A stretch of DNA of 59,013 bases, filler included, from Sphacelaria rigidula (lineage: Eukaryota): the NCBI GenBank assembly GCA_964200075.2. It is 10 parts of 10 records of this genome, joined end to end, with 100 filler letters (N's around TTAATTAATTAA, not from the genome) between each part and the next. Parts side by side here need not be neighbours in the genome. Positions count along the whole stretch, not along the records: positions 47,292 to 53,102 come from CAXNAA020024276.1; positions 53,203 to 59,013 come from CAXNAA020024277.1; 8 more parts are not named here. The stretch is one strand, 5' to 3'. Every line of letters begins with the position of its first letter. Within the stretch, counting starts at the first letter, position 1. Of the stretch, positions 49,601-59,013 are shown piece by piece. The notes beneath the pieces were generated by a model. That model ran no database searches and was not told the DNA's origin. It saw only the letters and a program-made list of their open reading frames with translations. Position numbers and translations under genes: made by a program.

Positions 49601-51279
49601 GCTACTGCTAGTGACGGGAAGCCAACCGTCTGTCCCATGAAGAGCCCAACAGCCCACGCCTTGCAACCGTGTGACATTGCTCTTCGCATTCTCACGCAAA
49701 TGTCTATATCCGCTCTCACGAAAATTAATTCCTGGAATATTAATTTCCGTGAACGTGATTTCGGGGGAGGTGAGAATGTGGCATCAACTCACAACCAATC
49801 GGAATCATGAAAAAAACAAAAGAATTCCCAACTACCACAATCACTTTCACCATCACGTCGCGTTCGCACATTTTTGGACTCGATAAGACGGGCACTAAGA
49901 TCTCCTCGGAGATATTGAAGCCAAAATACATACCTCTCGTGTCATGATCATGACGTAATGCAAGCCGATACGTATTGGACACGCACTTGCTCGGGAAAAA
50001 AAACGTCCAATATATATATATATACATGTATCATCGAACATTTTTCACTACTTTTGCCGAGTTTTCTCTGGCGGCAAGGGATTTTCACCCACGCTTTCTT
50101 TTTCAGCGCACTGAGAAGGCTCAGCGGTACATTACCATTCAGGTTTGGGCGTCACCTGATACCTGTGGCGCATGTTCTGGCCACCGGAAGTCGCTCAAAC
50201 TGGCCCTTTTTCGCGGGGTGTCGATCCCGAACCACAAAAGCCTCTTAAAGATCACGCAAAACTTGAAACAGGAACCCGAACCACAAAAGCCTGTTGAAGA
50301 TCATGCAAAACTTGAAACAGGATTACTTTTGGCGGGCTATATTCTTCCCCGGTGTTTCTCTTTGTCGCGTTCTCGTTCGTTTTGGGAGGACGAACACACC
50401 GGTTATGCCGCCACTGTCACGAGAACATGAGAGCAAAGCAGTTGAGAACAATTGAACATTGCCTTGGCTTTAGTCAGCAGCAAACACAAGGCCCTGCAAT
50501 GGGCCGTTGGCGAGTTGAACAAGGCATAGTAGCACGCCAGCACAGATTGCTTTTTGCCGCAAAAAGCAATCATCCTGTTTAAAAAAAAAGCCCAGTGATG
50601 TGGAAGCCACAGTGATGTGCAAAGAACATGCGAAGAATGTTCCACGCATTCCACTTTTTTCGGGAAGTGCCTCCCGCTGTCATTTCTTTGTGGCACGAGA
50701 GATACTTCGTGCTCTGGCACCTCGGGTATACCACACATGTCCTACGCTGGCGGCTCCGCCGTCGGCCTCCGTCCGAATTCCCATACTTCCGAACGACATC
50801 CGACAGCACATGCGATGTTTTGTACAGCCACGATCACTACTGTACACTGATATACAACAGCAGCTTATCTCTACCCTTAGACCGCGTTGCGGGTAGTCCA
50901 TCTTCTTGGAGTGTCGCGGTATTCTTGCCTTGCTAAGCTCTCGTGAAAAATGATTCTCGGTTACAATTCCATGTTGTATATGGAAGAAATGAGACGAGAG
51001 AGAGTACTCGATTGCGGGTGAAACAGTGAGGAGAAGTGCAAATTGAAAAGATTGCAGCGCGACTGAAAAAGAGGGCGACGGTCGATATGTCGCAGCATTC
51101 CATCTGCTCGCACCGATGTATTCGAGGTTTTTGTGTTTGTTTACAGAAAAGACGATGTTGATCGATGGAAGTGGGAAGGGATAATAATATGATGGGAACA
51201 AAAATTGCGACACGACGAGGAATAGGACCGCGGGTATGAATGATGCGAGAAAGTGCGAGGATTGCAGTGGAAGACAAGA

Positions 51280-51630
51280 TCGACTCCCGGTGTAGAAAAA
51301 GTGTGTTCTTATACGGCACCACCAGCAGGACAAAAAATACCCAACCCAGGACTCGAACTCGACTCCCGGTGTGAATAAATAGTGTCCTACCCACGCACTA
51401 TAATACAAGCAAAAATATGTAGCTGACACAGGGTTCGAACCCATGCGGACGTCTTGCACATCTATGATGTCATTTTTCACCTACAGAGTACACTCACATA
51501 CTGAGGACCCCCGGTGTGAAGGAACAGTGTTGTGCTCACGCACTACTATAAAAAAAGAGGACGACACGGGTTCAAACCCATGCCGACGTCTTTCACGTGT
51601 ACATTTCAACCTTTCAGCTGCAGGGTAGAT
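51280..51630 (-). pseudogene. Cluster of degenerate tRNA-like fragments
   Basis: B-box/T-arm motifs on the minus strand (GAGTTCGAGTCC, GGGTTCGAACCC, GGGTTTGAACCC), each followed closely by a T-run. GAC(T/C)CCCGGTGT units repeat three times. No intact cloverleaf. Confidence 0.45.
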
Positions 51631-52139
51631 GCACATCTCCTTTGAACCAGAGCGCCAAATCTTACCTTCTTTAGATGCTAAACTTTATATATATATACAA
51701 TCATCTAAATTCCAGCATATGCATATATATATATATATGCATTATGGGAAGCTCGGGTGCGGGCGGATGCGGGCATTATCATACACTCATTCCAGTATAA
51801 ATCGCGTGGACGGGTATGAACGATAGGTAAAAGTGAATTCGAAAAATACCGGAGCGTTGGGTGCCCGGGCAGCAGCTTGCCTCGTGCGCAGGATACAAAG
51901 ATGAGTACAAGTTCTCGGAGACGAGCTTAGTACATGATCGCGACTATGTGCTGGCTCAGTGGACGCGTTGTCAGACTTTGGTCACATTTTTAGCTTGTTC
52001 CGTCCAAGATTTAGGGCAAAATCAGAGTCTGCGTCCCGTTTTTTCCTTTTTGGTACACACGACATAGGTATGCGTTACACCGGCAATTATCTGCGTCGGA
52101 AGTTTCCAACTCCAGAATAAGACAACACAACATAAGGAT

Positions 52140-52490
52140 TCAGCGCCGTATTGCTTTAGACTTCGTTTTACTTTCCTCTTGTGTGCGAGATGCTGTCGGT
52201 GTGCCCACCCACCGGCAATCAGCGCCGTGAACTATTTGTTCTTGATGTCGTTATGCCTTGTTTGTACTACAGCATAGATTACTTGCGCGAAGCAAGCATT
52301 TGCTTCGGACACGTTCGCGCCAGGAATTGATGACACCACGTCGGCATTCAGCGCCCAACTACGACTACACTAGACTTCGTTTCACGTTTCTTCTCCTGTG
52401 CGAGAGGTTGTCGGTGCGCCCACCAGTAATAGGCGCCGTATACAATTGCACAAGACTTCACTTCTACGTTCCTTGTTGCGTGCGAGAACG
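52140..52490 (+). repeat. Degenerate repeats (GCGCC...AGACTTC..TT...GTGCGAG) x3
   Basis: Motif blocks recur at ~52140, ~52348 and ~52432. Confidence 0.6.
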
Positions 52491-53289
52491 TGCTCGTTCG
52501 TGTGCCGTATCTAACGCCCTGGAAATGAGGCTGGTTCAGTTGCTGTTAGAGGTTCATATCTCGAGCTCGAGTAGCCTGATAGATTTAACTGTAAATTACT
52601 GTGCCATTTACCGGGGATATCGAGCTTGAGATACTGTACCTCTACAAACCCCGAGAAGATCTACGTGATGCCCGCCGGAAACATTGCAAGACCACCGCAA
52701 TCACGCGTCCGTTCGAACGGGAACGCATGTGCACCCCCGCACAAAATGTAGCACGAATCCGCATACCGGATCCCTAGCATTAGCGTTGACCCGAACAGTC
52801 ATCTCCCGGGGCGGGTGCGGAGGAAATTTCACACTGAAATCAGCAATAAATCTCGTGGACGCCTCGTTACAAAGTATGCTTCACGCTCGTGAGTTCGAAA
52901 TATTCTACGTGTATCCTTCGTATTTTTCATGCCGGCCGTGTATGTATCGAAATGTCGATATGTATTGGACACTTTCTACGATAGCCCCCCCCCCCCCACA
53001 TAACGAGCCCAAACCTGTCATGAAGAGAGAGGGTCATACAGCGCCTGATGTTTGGTTTCAAGGTACATGAAGGGTCTCATATAGGCGACATTGGCGAAAA
53101 CGNNNNNNNNNNNNNNNNNNNNNNNNNNNNNNNNNNNNNNNNNNNNTTAATTAATTAANNNNNNNNNNNNNNNNNNNNNNNNNNNNNNNNNNNNNNNNNN
53201 NNTTCCCTGCGATGGAGAAATGGGACTTCAACCTCATTTTATGTTTCAACCCCAAAAATTAGGATCGGCTGTTAGATGGAACGGATCTA

Positions 53290-56200
53290 CGGAGGTCATG
53301 GGCAGAACGAGTGGCCTGTTCAATTACTTGCATTGGAACGACGATTGTGAGATCTCTAATACACCTCTGCAGGAAATCAGCAGATTTTATGGTAAAGCTG
53401 GACACCATCTGGGGGGAAGTCGAAGCGCTTGAACGCGCCAAAGCCGAGGGGATTAAAAGGGCAGCGCTTCTACTCGGGATCAAGTAGGCGCTTCCATAAG
53501 TGTTTATCCAGCTAACAACCCAGCAAGGTATGACGTAGGATGAGCTAACGCAGTCGTAGCACCACCAACATACCTAATGTCCGAAATGGAGCGCCGCGAT
53601 GAGGTAGTAGCGTTCCAATCGAGGACCGACGGCAAAAAACCCAGCTCCGGACTCGATAGCAATCAATGCGCCTACTGTTTGAAGCGAAATCATAGATGGC
53701 AGGACTGCCGTTCCTATCTTCAAGGCAACCCCCCGGCTAAACGACCGCCGGGGATGGGCCCCGCGCGAATGTTCCCACCTCCTCCACAAAATAGCAGAAA
53801 TCATGGGAGGAGGGACAGACTGAGGGCATTCATGACGACGAACGGGGTAGAAGTCGAAGATGAGCAAGTAGTATCTATGTACTCGTCGACCAACAGTGAC
53901 ACAGAGGTATCGATTCTTTGCGACTCCGGAGCGAATGTCCACATTACTTTCTCGGAAGAGGATCTCAGGAACGCGCGTACGGCCAATCGAAGCAGTATAC
54001 TTGGGGAAAACGGGAAGCTGCAGGCACTGGCCATAGGAGAAACCCCCATCACACGTGAACGTTCGGGGCAAGGAGGTCCCGGGAATGGTCACACTGAAGG
54101 ACTTACTTTGGGTCTCTGGACTGCTTTGCCGGCTGCTGAGTACCAGAACGATTTGGCGTGACGAAGGAGAGTTCGTGGACTCCGGCAGGAAGGAGAGCTA
54201 CGTTTGGTTCAGAAAGGATGGACCGAAGGTCCCCATAGCCGAGAATAAAGGGTTCTTGACCCTATCGACATCGCTGCAGGGGAACGGAAAACATGTGGTG
54301 TCGGCGCACGCTTCGTGTGCCAAAACAAAAGTAGCGCGTCACATTGAAGCAGTGAAACGACACCTTAGGACACATCGATGCGGCTGCCATAAATCGCCTC
54401 GAGAAGTGTGGGCCGATCGACGTCACTGATACCACGATAGCGTCCGAGATGCGCAGCAGCGCCTGTAAAGAATGCAAGTCCTAGGAGCTCAGCTACGGCC
54501 GTGGCGGCAGGAGTTCCAAAGCACCAGGTGGAGTCGTGCGCACTGACCGTGAAGGACCTTTCCACACCGATGTCGCGGGCATGAAATACTGTCGGGTTTT
54601 CGTGGACGAGGCCAGTCGAAACAAGCACGTTGTTGGGCTCAAGACACGAGATGCTGCCGCTGACACCACGAGGGCCTACATTGACGAAATGGCCCGTGGG
54701 GGGGTGGATATCAAATACAGCAGCAGAGACGGCGCTGGGGAACTTGAACGGTCAGCCAAATTCCAACGCATACGGACCAATCGCGGCATCAAGTGGCGCT
54801 GCTCACCGCCAAAGACACCGCAGAGAAATGGAGTTGCTGAACGCAATTCGACAACTTATGAGAATGAGCACCCAGCCAACTGGTGAAAGCCGGGCGCGGA
54901 GAGGAGTACTGGTTCTTCGCTGTAGCGAACGCGACATTCAAGACCGCAGAAGTGCCCCACAAGTACCTCGGGGGCGAGACCCCATGTTAGAGGTTGACAG
55001 GGAAGCCTGTCTTTTACGACAGGCTTCGTACTCAGGAATCCGAATGTTTATGCACCAGCACAAGCAGCAGCGCGGCGCCGCTGCAAAATTCCACCTATCT
55101 CCGAAGGGGAGAACCTTGGTGGGGCAAAATCGGACTCGCTCTGCTGGTATGATGGTCAATGCAGGAATCCAAACTCGTGAAGTCTCTGATTACCACGTTT
55201 GAACCAGAGGCCAAGATCCTAGACATTATGGGAACGAACCCTTGGACGAAGAAGAGCAGCACAGATCGATGGCGATAATGGCCCGGTTAGACACCCACCA
55301 CAACACCCGACATCATCGAAGCGCTCTTCTTAGGATAGTGTACGGCATAGGTCCAGTCGACTGGTGCAGCAGCATCGGGGGGACAATACACAGCAACGCT
55401 TCTCGAGTTCTGACGACAGCAGTTCCGACGACGGCAATTTCCTCGCCGACTTTCTACAAAATCAAGACGAAGATGCATTCTGCATGCTCGGGTTAGTTGG
55501 CGAAATTTGCACAGGAGCAGAAGAACCCTCGACTGCGAAAGAAACCCTGGCAGGGTCCGATGCTGACAGATGGAAAGTGGCCATGGAAGATGAAATGAAA
55601 GGTCTCTGGGATCTGGGGACGCTCACCAACGAGCCTACACCGCATGATAACATGCTAGTCAAGATGAGATTCATATACAAGATCAAGCCCACGGCCGACG
55701 GATCAGTAGTGAGAAGAAGACCAGGCTCGTGGCTCGCGGGTTCCCTCAGCACAACCGAAACGACCTCTTGGGGACGTTTAGCCCGGTCGTAGGCTTCGAC
55801 GTCATGCGCACCGTTCTAGCGACAGAAGCTCTGCACAAATGGAGAGTTGGAACACTGAATTTAATGCAGGCATACTTGCATGCGCCGCTCCTGAAGGATG
55901 TCTGGCTAGAGCTGTCCGATAAGATGGTGGTCAAGGTGGAGAAGGCCCTTGATGGCGTAAATCGGTCCGCCGTACAATGGTTCAAGGAATTGAGGAGCAC
56001 GATACTTACCGAAGACTGGCACAATAGCCACTACGACGAATACCTCTACTTCCGTCAGGCGAAAGATAGGCGCGTTGCTGTCCTGCCCCCCTACGTGGAC
56101 GCCGTCCTGTCTCGGGTGACTACACCGAAGAGGCTCAGCGTATGCAGACATGCCTCTTGGTGAGATACAACGGTCGGAACCTGGGCGTGCCCGACAAAAT

Positions 56201-56947
56201 TCTCGGCGTCGGCGTCACTGTGGCCCATGACAACACCACTCTCGACCGACACGCCGACGCCGAGAGCGTCGTCCTTGAAGCCATGGGCTCGACACAAGTG
56301 CCGGGTATGGACCTTTCAGAGCGGAAAGTAGGTGAAGAGGAGCTAGATTCCTCCCAGTTGCCGTATGCAATTCTCGGAAAATTAACGTTCGTCGCAGGAA
56401 TGACACGACCTGGTCTCCCAAACGTTGTTCGAGAGCTAGGGCGCCGGCCCTCCTCTCCTTGCGTACGACACTGACGAGGACTACAACACGTTCTGTGCTA
56501 CCTAGCTGGTAAGCTTGACGTAGAATGGGTACCGTGAAGACCGAGAAGGCGCTGGTGGGCTATGCGGACTCGGACTGGGCGAGCGATCGTGAAACACACA
56601 TGAGCGTCACGAGCTACCTGCTGCTACTGAACCAGTTCCCGATAGTGTGGCGATCCAACCTAGAGGCCTCCGTCACTCTTCTTCATAAGCGGAATTGACG
56701 GTCATGGTTCAGGATATGCGTCATCACATACTAATTCGGGGCATTCTGGAAGAGATGAGACTTCCACAAGGCACACCCCTGTGGTTTTGCGACAATCGTG
56801 GCGTCATTCAGGCGGTGCCAGTCACCTGGTTCAACGGCCGCACGAGACACGTGGATATGTAGCTGAAGTGCTCACGGCCATACGTCGAGAAGGAGCTGTT
56901 CACTGTGCGATACGTACCGATCAGCGAACAGCTCGCGGACGTCCTTC
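53290..56947 (+). mobile_element. Decayed Ty1/Copia LTR retrotransposon internal region (gag-PR-IN-RT-RNase H) with many frameshifts and stops; no LTRs recognised
   Basis: Zn knuckle CAYCLKRNHRWQDC; protease ILCDSGANVHI; integrase HTDVAG / FVDEASR / DGAGE / PQRNGVAER; RT EPSTAKE..W..AMEDEM, LVARGF, TFSPVV, AYLHAPL, YVDA; RNase H GYADSDWA, FCDN, RTRHVD, EQLADVL. IN precedes RT, the Copia order. Confidence 0.95.
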
Positions 56948-56949
56948 TA

Positions 56950-57072
56950 ATACGTGAGAGGACCGGGTGCTTAGAGGACCGCATCGGAATTTGAACACCC
57001 CTATGGTTAGGTTTAGGGTTAGTGTTAGTGTTGGGGATAGGGTCAGGGGCGTGGTACCTGCAGGGGCTGGCC
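56950..57072 (-). mobile_element. One-ended copy of MITE family C, abutting the Copia RNase H end
   Basis: Reverse complement of ~58430-58552, preceded by TA. Confidence 0.8.
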
Positions 57073-57317
57073 AGTAGATATTACTCAACGCTTCGTAGTG
57101 TCCCAGTAGGTATACAGCGTTCACCCTTTCATACAAGTCCGATACTTCGCACGGCTACGAGAACTCAAAACAAGGATAAGGGAGGGGGATGCACTAAGGT
57201 CGCAGTCAACGTTCACCGAGATACTCAGAAAACGATAAATAGACCTGAAACAATCAAAACTCAAAACGAAAAATACATTAATGGACGATATCAAGGCGAA
57301 CGAGATCGGACAGTGGA

Positions 57318-57492
57318 ATCCGCGAGAGGACCGCATACTTAGGGGACCGCATCGTAGTTCAAAACACCTCAGGATCGACGTCTTTCAAAACCAATCGGGC
57401 CCCTAGCCCTGACCATCACCCCAACCATAGCCATAACCATAGGGGTATGTACACTGCGATGCGGTCCCCTAAGCATGCGATCCTGCCACGCA
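57318..57492 (+). mobile_element. Diverged MITE family C copy
   Basis: Colinear with 58350-58552, both TIRs present. Confidence 0.8.
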
Positions 57493-58349
57493 TTACAGCG
57501 AAACCAGGACAAAAAAACAAGTTCATCCGAAAATAAATCAAAAGAGACAAAATCAAAAACAGAAGCTGCTGCCGCTTCTATAGTACAACACGAAATGCTT
57601 CTACTGTACGCACTTTTCCGTCTTGTGCTATTCCCTGCTCCTTTCGCTTTTTGTCGTCTCCTAGTTTTTAGCCGTCGTTGCCGTGGGTTTGCTTAAATTC
57701 GAGCCCAATTGTAAAGGCTTTCCGTATGAAAACTCCTCTCAGTCCCCGACGTCGTATCATTCTTTCCAGAGGCCCTTGTCGTAGGCGAACACTCGCCCTC
57801 ATTGATTGGTGTTCCCCAATTCCAGAAACGAGAAACTTGTAGGAAATCACTGCGCGACAAGGGGCCCCTCGAAACGGTGCAAGCGAATCATCGATGTGCG
57901 TAGTTTGTGGTCAAGTTATAGAGATCGAGCCAAGGTATAGCGGAGGTCGGCTATGCGCTTCGTGACAGAGTGTGAACCAGCGCCAAGACATTAGGCACCT
58001 CGATTTTGGAACGACCGCCATCAATCAATTGCCCTCGACACTTGTGAGTCACGTCGCCATTTGCTTCAATTACCCTCATTCCCCCAGATCTGCTCGTTTC
58101 TGCCCGAAAGGGGTTTGTTGGTGCGCTTCCCACCGCCGTGAATCCGTGAGGTGAAGATCCGACGATGCACTCGGAACACCCCCTCCCCTGCGTAAAGCAC
58201 TCCGTACGGATGACGGCTACGGGCGATCATGTTCTAGCTGAACAGTCAGTGACTGGTCCAAACGTCCTGCTGACGCTAGTGCAGTCCGACGTTTTGAGAA
58301 TCCTCACACTACGGCCGTGCATTCTCGTACTGTGGGTGTCATACGTGTA

Positions 58350-58552
58350 ATGCGTGAGAGGACCGCGTGCTTAGAGGACCGCGCCGTTGTTCAAAATACC
58401 TCAGGATCGACGTTTTTCAAAACCAATCGGGCCAGTCCCTGCAGGTATCACGCCCCTGGCCCTAACCCCAACACTAACACTAACCCTAATCCTAACCATA
58501 GGGGTGTTCAAATTCCGATGCGGTCCTCTAAGCAGGCGGTCCTCTCACGCAT
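58350..58552 (+). mobile_element. MITE family C: ~33-bp TIRs, TA TSD, internal (CCCTAA)-like tract
   Basis: TA|ATGCGTGAGAGGACCGCGTGCTTAGAGGACCGC ... GCGGTCCTCTAAGCAGGCGGTCCTCTCACGCAT|TA. Internal CCCTAACCCCAACACTAACACTAACCCTAATCCTAAC. Confidence 0.9.
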
Positions 58553-58599
58553 TACAACACGTACAACCGTGTTGAATCTATGACTGGTATGAGCTATCA

Positions 58600-58938
58600 C
58601 TCGCTCTTCATCCACAATTATCAGGGATTATTCAGGCCAGGAAATGTAAGAACCGCTGAAGCTAGCGGAGGTTTGTACGCTTGGAACTCCGTCTCATACT
58701 TCGAAGCTTCACGGCATACCGAATATCACGCTGCTTTGATTACCAGTTTTTTGTTGCAAGGCACATCGGTGAAAGAGAAAGTTCCTCGGGTGAGGGTCGT
58801 CAAAGTTCGGGTCACAAGTCTTGCTAACAGCCTCAGTGCAGACACCATGATGATGCCGACACATGTCTTTGGCGAAGTTGACCGGAAAATCTGTTCTTCG
58901 TCAAAGCTGGAGGACAACAAGGAGTAGGGAGGAGTCAT
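58600..58938 (-). pseudogene. Possible highly decayed Ty3/Gypsy pol remnant (RT-RNase H connection)
   Basis: Broken frame with RTLTTLTR and FQAYKPPLASAVLTFPGLNNP, loosely like PLTxL...AFxxLKxxLxSxPVLxxPD. Confidence 0.3.
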
Positions 58939-59013
58939 TCTACGTTAGGGGGGGGGGGGGGTTTGATTGCACGGAGAAAAAGGCTGATAAGTGTGTCAGA
59001 CGACCTGCAACAC

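Overview
This is not one locus. It is an artificial concatenation of 10 short contigs (1-5812, 5913-11724, 11825-17636, 17737-23547, 23648-29458, 29559-35369, 35470-41280, 41381-47191, 47292-53102, 53203-59013; 5812 or 5811 bp each), joined by identical 100-bp spacers (44 N + TTAATTAATTAA + 44 N). Nothing can be inferred about synteny across the spacers. The DNA is repeat-rich, intron-rich eukaryotic nuclear sequence. It is probably from a brown alga or other stramenopile; this is my inference from repeat style, long introns and TTAGGG-like tracts. Recognisable host genes are the two 3' exons of a CAMK-group Ser/Thr kinase, one exon of the golgin CASP (CASP_C domain), a tRNA-Trp(CCA) and a few isolated candidate exons. 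The rest is mostly transposon debris: a decayed Ty1/Copia element, two RTE-like LINE 3' fragments, a tRNA-derived SINE, a pogo-type HTH fragment and many non-autonomous TIR elements (MITEs and foldbacks). The most interesting structures are (i) TIR-bounded elements filled with ordered tandem arrays whose short motif co-varies with the motif in the TIR, (ii) MITE families carrying telomere-like tracts, and (iii) a possible decayed AEP/PrimPol-like gene. No CRISPR array or intact novel multi-gene system can be supported. Most ORFs in the supplied track look spurious. All alignments and identities were judged by eye.
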